Source: Tubulanus polymorphus
Taxonomy: Eukaryota > Animalia > Nemertea
DNA: 64,000 nucleotides
Assembly (NCBI RefSeq): GCF_964204645.1
Contig: NC_134029.1
Location: 1,736,001 to 1,800,000, forward strand
Direction of reading: 5' to 3'
How positions within the stretch are numbered: the first letter of the stretch is position 1; each line of letters starts with the position of its first letter. Below are positions 15,801 to 44,353 of this stretch, in pieces. The notes under the pieces are model-generated. The model had not been told where the DNA came from. It did not search any database and saw nothing but the letters and a program-made list of their open reading frames with translations. The position numbers and the translations under genes are program-made.

Positions 15801-18800
15801 GCGATCCGAAATCACATGATCTGTTACAGGAGAAGCTTTCTCAAACCAGTGCAGCTAAAAAACAAATTGAGGTCAGTTGTCGCAAAGTATCAATCGGATA
15901 AAGTATCAGTCTTTGCGCGAAGTGAATTCACAGTTTAATAAAAAAAATTGCGTTTTTCAGACTGAATTCGTTGAATGTCAAGGTAAACTGTTAAGTTTAG
16001 ACGGACAGTATAATCAAATAGTGATGAATTTAGACTCCACGAAACAAGAGTTGAAAACTGCCGTAGAACGATGTGAGAAGAGTGAAGAAATGAATTCAAT
16101 ATTGAAAGAAAGAGAGATTCATTTAATTCAGGTATGAATTACAAAGATTGATATTAGAATCCAGTTCAACAGTTTTGAGTTAACTCCGAGTAGAAATCAG
16201 TGAGTCAAATAAAAACTGTTTAACCAAGTCCTGAACATTAGGTTTTACTAAACAATCATGAAGCTAATCACTTCTGATTTTCTTAGGTTCAGAAAGATAT
16301 CGATAGAAGTAGATTAGAATTGAAGGAAGCGAATACGGCCATGCAACAACAGCTGGGCGATCTACAGCATACTAACTCAATACTCGAGAAAAAATCTGAG
16401 AGTTTATCTACAGCACTCGATACTGAGAAAGATACCACCCTTCAACTCGCTATTAAGGTATGTTTTAATTCGGTAGTTCAGAAAGAAAATTTTAAGTGTT
16501 ACTGCTTTTGAAAATGTAAAAAAAATCTTTGTAATTTTAAGGTTGAAAACTTGAACGGTGAATTAGTGAAACAGAAAATGGAGAATGCCGATTTGATGCA
16601 TCAGTTCAACGAAAAACTTGAAGTTGAAGAAAGACTTGGTTTGAGAATAACTTCATTGAACAGAGAGATGAACGAGAGTGAGGAGAGTCATAAACAGGAG
16701 ATACAGAGTTATCAGGAGGCTACAAGAAATATGGAGACTCGATTGATGCAAGATCAGGTCGAATTCGAGAAGAGAATGGATGAAACTTTGAAACAATGGG
16801 ACGAACAGACGACTCAATCAAAAGAGATGCACAATCGACTGTTATCAGAGACAGAACGATTAAACGCTGAGAATCTCAGATTGAGTGAAGAGTTTCAGAA
16901 TGCGAATGATTTATTGAGCGTAGAAAATGATAATTTGAACGCGGTTATCGTAGCGTTAGAAACTAAACAGAAAGATTTGATTTCTGAGCTGGAAACCGTG
17001 AAACATTCCGGCGAAAATGAATTATTATTGATTAAAAGTCAGTTGGAGGAAACATCTGCGCGAGAAGATGGTCTCAAGAATGAGATTTCAGATATGAAAG
17101 AGTTAATCTTAGAACGCGAGAATCAGTTAGAAGAGAATAACACGATGTGGAATGAAAATAAGGCAGATTTTGAATTGGAATTACAATCAGTGAAGAGTGA
17201 ATTGATGACTGAACGAGAAACGTATTCTATTACAGTGGACGAGTTGAATTCCGAAATGGAATCGGTAAAAATTCTATCGAAAAATGAACTTGAAAAACTG
17301 AGTGAAACAATTGTAAAACTGCAGTCCTCGGAGCGTGAACTATTGTCACAAATCGATTCGATGAAATCTGATTTTGAACGTGAAACTGAGAAACACAGAA
17401 TTCGGGTAGATGAATTAAACTCGAATATCTCGGCTGTTAATGAAGAGTTGGTCGTTGCTAAGTTGAACATCTCATCAGCAGAAGAGGAGAAACAAGCGTT
17501 ACAGGCTCGAATAGAGGAGACATGCGAGGTGTTGAAACAGAGTGAGGAGAAAGGAGTTGAGCTACAACGAAGTATTGGTGTGTTAACATCAAATGAGGAA
17601 ACTCTAAAAGCTGAACTGATGGATGTTAGAGAGAAAGGATCAAATACCGAGCAGAATCTTAAACAAGAGTTAGATAACATGCAGAAATCATTGAATGAGG
17701 AAACTGACAATAAGAATGTGATGATTAGTGAATTTGAAATGAAACAGAAAGTTCTACAATCGGAGATCGATCGTTTGACAGAATCAGCGGAAAGCAGTGA
17801 ACTCAATCATAATTCAGTCATAGGAGAACTTCAAACTAAACTGACCGAATCTACTGCTGAATTAGATAAACTGAGATGTGAAGTCGAAAAATATGACCAA
17901 GCAATGAAAGATATGCAAGAATTGTCCGACGCAAAAACTGTTGAATTGAAACTGAGCGATGAAAAAATTAGTCAGTTAGAAGAGAGTTTAGCTCGACAGA
18001 TTGAAACGGCGGAGACAAGAGAGAATAATCTGAGAGCTGATTTGTTCGATGCGGAAGACGACGGGTTACTTCACGAGTTGAAACTCGCTGAGGAATTAGA
18101 GAGCACTCGTAAAGCACTAACGATGGAAGTCATGCAACTCAACGAGAAATTAGTCGAAGAAAAAAATCACGAATTGAACTTAAACGCGAAAATCGAAGAG
18201 TTATACCTGGCTCTGGAACAAAAGAGTGAAGACTTCGAGAGTCTTACCGGGGAAAAAGAAAAATTACTGAAAGAATTTGCGGATGAAAAAGAAGAATTGA
18301 CATTAAAAATTGAACAGGCATCTGAGGAGAAATTACGTTTTGAAGAAACTGTGAAGATCTTCCAAGCAAAAGTCACTGATTATGAAACAAGTCTTGAATC
18401 GAGTGAACGAGAGCTCAGTGAATCAAAACAGAATGAATCTCATCTTATTGAGGAACTGGAGCTGTATAAACAGAAATCTGTAACCGCTGAGGAGCAAATA
18501 CTAGAATTACAGACTCGGAATGCTGATACAGATGAAAAGTTGTCAGGAATGACTAAAGAGTTAAAGTGTGCAGAGCAAGATCTGGATATCAAGCAACAAG
18601 AAGTGATCAAATTAAAGGCGTTGGTTGGTGAAAAGGATGTTGAGCTTATTGAGAAAGACAACAATATTTTACATTTCACAGAAGAGGTGGTTAGTTTGAA
18701 GGCAGTTTGTGAAGAAAAGGACCAGGAATTGAGTGAAAAGAATGCTGAACTGTTGCGCAAATTGAATGGCAGGGATATTGAACTTGCTGAGAAAGAAAAC

Positions 18801-21800
18801 GCAATAGAAAGTTACACAAATGAGGTGAAAGGCTTGAAGGCAGTTCTTGAGGAAAAAGATAATGAATTGAGTGAAAAGAATGCGGAACTTAACGACAAAG
18901 AAACCAAGATTGAAAGTTGCTTAAAAGAAGTGGTTAGTTTAAAGGAGGTTTGTGAAGAAAAGGAGCAGGAATTGAATGAGAAGAATGCTGAACTTATTGA
19001 GAGAGGAAACATGATTGAGAGTTTCAGAGGAGAAGTGGTCAGTTTGAAAGCATCTTGTGAAGAAAGGGATGTTGAATTGGGTGAAGGATTTGATAAATTG
19101 ATTATAGTTCAGGAGACATTGACAGTGAAAAATGAAGAATTGGCAGCAGCTCGCTCAGAAAATGAGGAGTTGACTAAAAAGCTAGAAGTATTTGAGAACT
19201 TGGAGAGTGAACTGGAAGCAGCTCGTAGCGAAATAGAAGTTATGACTGCTAAAGTAATCGAACAAGAGGATAGCCAGAATGAGAAAATACAACAGTTGAA
19301 CATTTTAGCCGAAAATATCCAAGTAAAAGATGAAGAATTGAGGAATCGCGATGGCTCACATGCTTATAAAGTATCCGAATTAGAAAAACGTATCGAGCTT
19401 TTAGAATTGGAGAAAACAGAACTTGAAACATTGAACGAAAAGAGAATTAATGAATTCAAAAGTGCTTTAAATGAGGACGAAGAAACAATTCGTTACGATC
19501 AGGAAATCAAAGCCGAACTTCGCAGCCAAATCAAACGATTAGAGCTGAAACTTGACGACGAAAAGAAACATTTAAAAGATGAAGTCAAAACGCGTAAAGA
19601 GCTGTCGGAAAGCTGCGATCGTTATAAAAGGCTCGTCGAGTCGTTGGAGCAGAAGGTGGGACTCGTTCAGAGGAGTGAAAGTTTACAGCGTGACAACGTC
19701 ATCGAACTAGAAGCGGCAATATCGAATCTACGCGAGGATATCGTACACGAGCAACGCATTCGACAATCTCACGAGAACGAGATACTATCGCTGAAACTAG
19801 AACTGAGCGATGTTTGTAACACGTCGCGATCGTTCGAAGATGAGTCACAAACAACGATTGAAAGTCTTCATAACATGATTAAAGCGTACATCAACAAATC
19901 GAAATCGCTGGAAAACGATCTGATATCGGCGCAGGCGTCGAAGCAGAAACTAGAGGAGGTTTTACAAACGAGGGAACAACGAATTCAGGAGATGATTACG
20001 GAAGAACGAAGCATGTATAATAATAGAATCTCACAACTTGAATCTCAGTTACAGGTAAATAAATAATCATATTCGCAATACAGTGAACTCTTCTTACTCA
20101 GGGTCAGTAGTGTTTTGACTTCTGGAAATATTTCTATAAGTTGATAAATTTTAGTAGAATACTGGTATCGAGTAAGGGGGAGTTTACTGTTTGGCTAAAT
20201 TCTGTTTTCTTCCTTCATTACTGAACTATTCCCCTGTTTATTTCAGGCATCAGTCATGAATGGTGAAGATTATTCGGCTCTCTCGCAACGTTATGAGAAT
20301 GTTCAGAAAGAATTCAGCCAGCTTCAAACCGATTTCGAAACGCAAAGTTTACTCAAAGACAAATTCATGAAACAATACGAAAAGGAAGAGAACGATAACA
20401 AAGATCTGAAAGAACGAGTAAAGAATTTGGAAGATCTAGGTAAGAGAACGACTACTCATCTGTTTGTTCGTTGAGCCTGAACAATTTTAGTAAATATTGT
20501 AAAACTTCTGTGGTTATATTCCAGTGAAAGTCAGCAAGTCGTCGTCTAAAGTTTGCGATTCTAGTCTTGATGATAGTCGTGATAGTTTAGATGATGAAAT
20601 CGGAAGTATGGTCAGTAAACTGCCTGATACTGAGAGCGATGATGAAGCTGGTCCTGCACTTACCGCCGATGATCTCTTCAGTAATGCCAGTTTACACGAC
20701 AAGTAAGCGTTTTAATCATTTAAATGTCTTTTGCTTTATGAAGATTTATTTTAATTTGTTGTTTCTCCTCTCATGTTTCAGCACGCAGCCTGATTTTAAA
20801 TGTTCGATGTCTTCGATTAATACGTACGCGTCACAGAGTTCTATTGCATCTTCGGCCTTCAATCCGTCCCAGTCTATGCCTCGTAAGTCTTTAATAAATC
20901 AATCTATGGCAGGTTTCGATTCAACATAATCTGGTTTTAGAATATCGATTCCAGTTTTCAAACTCTAGCAGTTGCTTCTATCAAGTTATTCAAAACGAAT
21001 GCGCTAGGAGAGTATTCTGGACCTGGTAGATCTAAACCTGGCTATATTTCGATGTCATTTCCTGCTGCACCATCTCACCTGTTTGATATTTTTGTCTCCA
21101 GTAGGTTTGTTATTCTCGTGCGATGATGAACCACCATTCCATGATTTAGAATGGGGGCGTCTTAATGAATTACAGAGGAGAAATACACTGTGTCCACCTC
21201 ATATGAAATCATCTTATCCAGTTGAAACCCAGGTACGACTCTCAGGTTTCCATCCAATATATTCCGCTGTTTACATTCCATATTGAAGTTATGTTTATCA
21301 GTTAGATATTCATTGAAAAATGAAATTCTTTCAGATTTCTTATTATCAAGAAAATATTTTATCTCCCGGTATGGAACTTATTTGTGTGATTTTCAGGTAA
21401 TCGACCCTGATGAGATGAGTCAAGAGTTAATGAAGAAATCAACATCAGATTCAGTATTAAAGAGCAGCAGTAAATACAGCGGAACGTCTCGTAGTAGCAG
21501 ACGATCGAGTCCGACCGCGATTTCCGATCATTTAATTAAAACCGGTCAACCTTGCGTCAGTAATAGTCAATCGTTGAGAATTCCGTCTTCAAACAGTTGT
21601 ATTTCACATCAATGGAATCCATCCAAATCCTTCGATGATTCTCGTGCTAAGAAAAAGGTAATTTTGTTATTTCTCGTTCAAATTCTATACAAAATTATCA
21701 TAGAGGTGTTTTATAGTTGAATAAAGAGGAGAGAGTTAAAAAACAAAGTATTGAATAAAATCATTACTTGGTGCATTCAATACTTTGGTTCTTTCTTTAC

Positions 21801-22636
21801 GTTACACCTAGTGACCTTGGCCTAATTTCTGATTGTTGTTATAGGTCGGTGAAATTTCGCCGCCGAAGAAAGGTGAATTCAAAGTTCCGAAGTCGACGCG
21901 ACGAACTCCGATGCATAAAGGAAAGTTTATGAAAACGACTCCACGAACGACGGTGAACGCTAGCGGTAATTCTAAGTATAAAGGTGGTTTAGACGCTCAG
22001 TGGGATCGTGAAAATATGCAACCTCCGATTCAAATTGTAAGTACCCGTATTAAAACTAATTTCAGCTGACAATTGAGAAACCAGATGTGGAATGATTTTA
22101 TCTGTGGTGGATTCAGAGAATTGATGAGTAAAATGTGTTTATATCGTTATAGAATTCAGAGATGAAACCGCCGAGAAAGAGTTGTGCTTTTGAGATAGTA
22201 ATGGATGATGTATCTACGAAGAAAACCAGTCGAGGTTTAGGATTAGGTCTGGGGAAGAAACGCGTTCCTGGAACAGATTCAAAGGTACAATATATAAGTG
22301 ACCTGAGGCCGGTTGCTCAAATGTTAGTGAAAGTTAACCAGTGGATAGTTGACATAGTGACAATGAAAAGTTGATCGTTACAATGGTATTTATATGCCAG
22401 TTATCTTTAACCAACCTTTGAGGCACTAGCCCCAGTTTAAGTTGATCCGTCATTCTTCCTATGTAGATGAATAATGCTTGAAATAGCATTCATGGATAAA
22501 GGGTGTATCCATTATGGCCTCTTACTCAATAGTGGTTGACCTTGTCTAATTCTCTAATAATGAATTTAATATTTATTTGTAGGTGGTGAGGAAAGCGTTA
22601 CATACAAGGAATGGTTTACCGTTCGGTAATCATTAG
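12801..22636 (+). CDS. NUMA1: Nuclear mitotic apparatus protein (NuMA/Mud/LIN-5 family), multi-exon with a 3513-nt coiled-coil exon (16542-20054)
   Basis: N-terminal Hook/CH-like region (ALIAWINSL...LKDGKLLLNIL...LLLLGAAIQ), Spindly-like GESMGMIV and a long coiled coil. The C-terminal LGN-binding/NLM motif FSCDDEP...WGRLNELQRRNTLCPPHMKSSYPVE is at 21104-21232. Stop TAG at 22634-22636. Confidence 0.85.
20081..20190. mobile_element. Degenerate Tc1/mariner-type MITE in a NuMA intron
   Basis: ta|cagtgaactcttcttactc ... gagtaagggggagtttactg form imperfect terminal inverted repeats. Confidence 0.45.
22306..22432. mobile_element. PIF/Harbinger-like MITE in the last NuMA intron
   Basis: Imperfect TIRs aggccggttgctcaaatgtt / aacctttgaggcactagccc flanked by CTG/CAG. 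Confidence 0.45.
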
Positions 22637-23455
22637 ACAAACACCAATGTGCCTCTTACAGTATCTGTCTCATACATCAATCATCGCACAACTCTTTTAA
22701 TCTCCACATACAACTCTCAATACTGAACTGTTATTCATTTTCTATTGTGGTATAATTAACTCAAAATCATTCCAAGCTCGATTTCAAGAAGCTTCCATGA
22801 TTTTTAATGGTTTTAACTATTGTATATATTTTTGTAAAATGTTTGTAAATATTTAAGAATGGCATTAAGAATTGCATTTATGATACATATTTCACAGTAA
22901 AACATGTAGATCATGACGTTGAATATGAATAAGGCTTTAGTTTAATTATGAAGTGTAGTTAAGTAGAAAATGCAGAAATCTTATAATATTTTGTTAATGG
23001 TTTTATATGGGTATTTATAGCTGTAAAAATTATTGAGATCTAGAAACAAATGTAACCATCATTTTAAATAAAGATCAAAGATTTACACTAACATGTATTC
23101 TTACTGTAACTCTATTTTGCTACGGGGTTGAGGAGTGTGGAAACTAGTGGAAAGAATCATAGCAGTCAAGCGCAATATTAGAGGATTCGATCAATAAAGA
23201 ATTTTCATATATTGATTACGATAAAATTGATGATTTATTTAGACAAGACTAGAACATAAATATAATTTATTTGATACAGAAGAATTGGAAGTTATCATTG
23301 ACCAATCAGTATGAAGTGGAAGCCCAAAATAACAATAATTTGGATCTATCTTCGGTTCAAGTATTTACTACAGTTAACCAAACGTTAGTTGGATGTTTAG
23401 GGACAGAAAGATATTCTTAATAAAACGATAAAAACTACTAGAGTGTACACCGTTA

Positions 23456-24882
23456 TCAACTGTTCTCTAATTGCGATGAATTCTGTTGAGATTCTGATGG
23501 TTGAAGTTTACGTCCTTCAACTATTAATCGTTTAACACCGACCATCCACGGACCAACCTGAAATATCAACAGCGTTTCATCATCACAGTTTATTTATGTC
23601 AACTGAACCTGAAGAGAAATAATACATACCTCCGATACATAGTCATACATTAGTTCTAAATGTAAAGCGTTAGCATTTTCACAATTATGTTCTTCCAAAG
23701 CTGAAATATCAATAAGAGACTTTATATTTGAATATTTTAGTTTCGAAATAGGCTTCAAACGCTTTAGTAATTACCTTGTGAAAGAAGAGCCATTTTCAGT
23801 TTAACGACTTGACAAATTTTTCCGGAAATCCAAAAATCTGTGAAAATTTCTAACTTCTTTTTGATATCATCTCTGACTCTCGTCTATAAATTAATTCGTT
23901 ACCGGTAAGTCTTTCAAACGATCTCAGAAATACAACAAATAGAAATTCAATATCGCAGTGATCTCAACAACTCTTATTACCTGTAAATGTGAACAATCTT
24001 CGAGAAATGATAAAATCTTGGACGAAACTCGCGCTAAAAATTCTTTATCATCCTCAATATTAAAATCGCTGGCCACCTGTTCATTTAACTGATCTAATGA
24101 GAGACCAGGAGGTTTAACTTCATGATTCTGAGTTATTGGATCAGCACTAGTTGTACCAGCACCCTGAAACAATCAGCAGTCATGTATGATGTAGGAATGT
24201 GCTCTGTTATAGTGTAGAATACATTGAATCAATTCTTACCATCATAAACAGAACTGGAGAAGGTGAAGTTGAGTTACTTGCAGTCGGTATCAGGAATGAG
24301 GAGGTGGATCCTGATGATGGAAGGCCTGGAGGACAGGGGTTCAGTACTGAAAGGATAATATACAATTATTAGGTCTCAGTAAAAAAAACATCATTCAGCT
24401 ACAATTTGTTAAAAAAGCAGTTTTATATACATGTACCTGGATCAGATTTTGATGCATGTATTGGGTAGGCTACTCTTCTATTTAATAAAGTTCTTCGCGG
24501 TGGTGTAGAAACTCTGTTGTTACTGTTAGCGCTGTTTGAATTATTATGCAAGAATACAGGAGGATCATTCCATCCACGATCATGGTTTCCTACATAAAGA
24601 GCAATCATGTATAAATTATACTGATTAATTATTTCTGTAAACATCCGTCGCAATAAAATACATTTGATTTGACTTTCAAGAAGAAATGAGTGGAAAAAGT
24701 TGGATAACTTCGCGATTTTGACAAATATGATCACTTTACTCGGACCATTTATTGAACCAAACGTTTCATATCGAATGTAGGTATTAGTTCTATGATTTAA
24801 AGGTCTGAATATGACGTAAAACGAGGAAAAAGCTGAAATTTAGGGCTTGTTTTGACAATTTACCAGGTCTGGTGGTCGCCAT
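23456..24882 (-). CDS. SRA1: Steroid receptor RNA activator 1 protein (SRAP), multi-exon
   Basis: MATTRP|GNHDRGWNDPPVF N-terminal signature. C-terminal VGPWMVGVKRLI. Stop TGA at 23456-23458. Confidence 0.9.
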
Positions 24883-25806
24883 TTTGTCCACGTCACATGA
24901 TGACGAATCAGCTGTTCCCACCCGCCGTAAACTGATTTAGCTTTGTATTAGATCTGTCAGCGAGACTCAACATTTTAGGACACAGGCTAGCCGAAGTAAT
25001 TAACAATGTCACAGTTGAAATTTTGGAAGCCATAGTCGAATGGGTTTGATTATCAACGGGTTAGTGCTAGTGAGTGGGAGCTGTACTCTCGATAGAACAG
25101 CTAAAATTATAGGAGGCGCTAGTGACGGTGTAGCGCTCTGTAAAAACTTTCAGCAAGTATCGAGAAATTGTCTCCGTAAATGTAACTACTGAGCTTTAAA
25201 AGATGATTGAAATTCGTTTTGAGATTTGTTGTTAATTTTATGAGGTAATTAGTGTACACATTCACTTCAAAATGTAATTTAAACTGATTTATTCAAAGGG
25301 AATCGGGGGACACCGTAAAAAGTCACTACAGGGGGCCCATATAAATCGTCCCATTGAGATAGGATGTAGGTCCTGCAAGCTTTGCAGGATTCTTCAAATT
25401 CTGTAGATCTCCTGTTCTGCACGCGTGCATTCATCCTGTGTCTATCTCACACTCGGTTAGCCTATTGACCAGAGAGTATACTACCGGTACCAGTGATACT
25501 GATAGCTACTTGGGATGGGGTCGTCATCATGATTGTTGGCCTGAAATAAACCCTCCTCAATTAACGACTGTCCCTGATCAACAGTACTGAACATCACTGT
25601 ACAATAAATCAGCAGTAATAAGATAAACTGTTCAATCATCCAATCACTAGATACCACATTACTGCTGCTGCTGCTGCCACTGGTAGCTGTACAGAGTCAG
25701 TCAGTAAGCTACAGCTGGCGTGTGGTGAGTGAAAGGTGCTACCTTATCACTGTCCTTATTCATTGTTTATTTATCTACAGGTGATTGGTGACAGTATTTT
25801 CGAAAC

Positions 25807-41317
<15,511 letters not shown>

Positions 41318-44300
41318 ATTGAACTAATGAGTAACTGATATACAATACGTAGAAACCGCTTAATTAGCAACAATTCATATATTACAGACTTTTGAGTTGT
41401 AATGATATCCAGATTAGATCAAAATCCGGATGAAACAGGACTTGAATTAAGCGAGTTTGACTGTAGTGTGTCAACTGTACCTCTCTGGTTTTAAAGTTGT
41501 ATTTTGTGGTAACTAAGAGAAACTAAAATGTTGAACGTTCAATAGTTTCTATTTTTTCCATTTATCTATTAATTCCCGCCTATTCAGAATGTTTATCGGA
41601 ATGTCGTTTTTTGATAACTGTTTGAAACCATTGTGATGAATTGGACCGAATGTATGTTTGTAAATGTAATTATAAGGTATGTATGGTGCTTGGTTCAGAT
41701 AAAAGAGGGAGCTCCTACGAGGCTAGATGTCCATATCACTTGTGGGGTACTCGGTGGCACTGTTAGTACATAATAGATATAATGCAGGACATATCTAATA
41801 CTAGGATAACATTAAACCATCAGATGTAAGACGACAATCTGAGCTGTGGTTGCAATTGTAAATATAATACCCCTAGAAAATGGGTCAATATGTAAAACTA
41901 CTGTAAAATGAATGACATATTTATTATCACTATAAAAAGAATTGATAGTTCAGTTCGTATACATACATTTATCTGTATTCATTTACACGGAAAATGTTTG
42001 TTAGACTAAAGAAATTGATACCTTGTTTCTCATTTTTGCTGAACTTAAAGGTTGATCCAGCCAGCCGCCTATATATCGTGTACATTACTTTTAAAAAAAA
42101 TCATTATCAAGCTGACAATAACCGACCCAGCAGCTATAAAAAATGAACTGATTTTATTGCAGTTTACAAAAATGGCCTGGCTGATTGGTAGAAACAAGGT
42201 ATCCTTATTTAGCCTTAGTCATGCATACAATTACACTAGGATGCAATTGGTAACTTTGGGGAATGATGCAACTCACTTAAAACTCACTTAAAGCTTTCAT
42301 TAATACACAGTTATAGTGATGGATGTAATAGACCTCAATATAAAGGGTTCGATTGTAATCTGGAGTTACGAGGTTGAAAACACAGGAAAAACTGTGATAT
42401 TAAAATGATAGCTTGTATGCAATGCACATTATGAATTCTGCTTCAATATTTTCTGCTAAATGTTCCAAACTGTTTTATGCTTTAAGATAACTGTAAATAT
42501 TATAAAAAGTATTTCATTCCAATGTCAATTTCATGCTTCTTGCATTGAGGTATTTTTCTATAATGATTCTAGATTCTATTCGTGATGATTTAGGTGTTAT
42601 TTTATTTCATTCGAGGCTGGACCTAAATCTACGCGGTATCTAAATATTCATGTGATGTTGTCAATGTATGATATTTTTCCATGACTCATATGATGTCATT
42701 ATCTTGCTGGACATTATATACAAATACTAATAAACCATAAATGACAAGTTGGCTGTAGAATCCAACAACATTAGGATATTCCATCTTCATTACTTGAGAA
42801 TTTTTTGATATTTTGATTCCGGTGTTTCATCATAATTCTCCAAGGGTTTTAGTTTATCTGAGGAATAAAAGTGAATAGTTATAATTCTATCCCTTACTTC
42901 CATATTATTGACAATTTTAATTTACTGCATTTTGGTGTTAGATATTTCCAGTATTAAAAGATTTACCAAAGCCTGTTGATTACTATGTACAAGTTGTTTT
43001 ATTTTAATTGTGCTGTATATTTTTATCTTGTATATTGTAGAATTCCAACATTTCTTTAATGAAAAGGGTGTTTATATAAGAATATGAAATATAAATCTTT
43101 ATATTAGATTTCTTAAGTTGAGTTTATTTTAAAGTACGTTTTTCGTATAAAACAATGTTGAGGAATTTTGATTTACGCGGGGCATGACGAGTTGTTTCTA
43201 AGGACTAGTTGAAAAAAGATATTTGAATATTTCCATTTTATTGCTAATGAGAGACTATTAATTTCTGCTTGCACGGTTTAGTGCAGAAAAAGTGGTGGCA
43301 GCTTTTAGTGAATTACGCCCATGATAGACATCGCAATCACTTGTCATGGTTTTATCTACATAGACACACTGACAGTGTGCACGTGATTGAATACTTATCT
43401 TTTTGACCATAAGCAAAGATCGGATTAAATCCTAAATTGGAATTATTTCTATTAAAATGTGGCTTCAAGGTCTTCATAAAGACGATCATCATTTCATTAG
43501 ATAAAGCATAGCGTTGATGGAATTGGTAATCGTGAGAAATATTTCAAATAAGTCAAAACGTAGCACTTTTTGACATTTTGTGCTAAAAGTAAGCTCAAAT
43601 CAGGGCCTTAACAAATAATTCTAAAAAGTAGCACCAAGTAAACTTGCTACAAACCATAAGGATCATATTCAGGCACATATCTATCTCCAACAGTGCAGAT
43701 AAAAACCTTTTCAATCCCAAGTTAGATAGGAGCCACGAATGATTTTTTTGGCTTCATCTTTGTTCATCAAGTTCTGTTCTGGCCTTGGTTTCATACAACG
43801 TAAAAAATCGAAAAGAAACAATAGCCTATACATATATAGTTTACCACTGCAAAATATATTTATCATAAAAAAGACAAAAGAATATATATAGTTTATCACA
43901 GAAAATCAATAAATGGACTAGAAAAATCAGAATATATTGTCATTAAACAAATCACAGCATTCATTAACATTAAAATTCACGGCAATACTGATTGATAATA
44001 TCACACTGAAACTACCAACAATAATAACAACTTATAAATCGATAGAACACAATTCTTTTTCTAAAACTACTTCAAAACAGTTTTCAGGCATTACTTTTCA
44101 TCATCATCATCATCAAGGAAGCAAAAATTATACATTCTTTATTTGAATTTTCACATCAAACATTGTTTAAAAGAGTAAACCAAAGTTAGCCATGCAATAC
44201 ATTAAATAGATGTACAGTGGACAGCAAACTTCAGGGGACAAGAAAATATATTTGTTAGGGTCTTTAACTAATAGTTTGTTTGTTGTACAAGGTCTTTTTA

Positions 44301-44353
44301 TAAATGAGGTTTCACTGTAGCAACATTATGCATGTAACCATATTTTCACTAAA

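Noticed and set aside
17123-19431. Long antisense ORFs opposite the NuMA coiled-coil exon (also 60915-61220 and 62808-63185)
   Set aside because: Ser/Phe/Leu-rich shadows of Glu/Lys-rich codons on the coding strand, with no independent signal.
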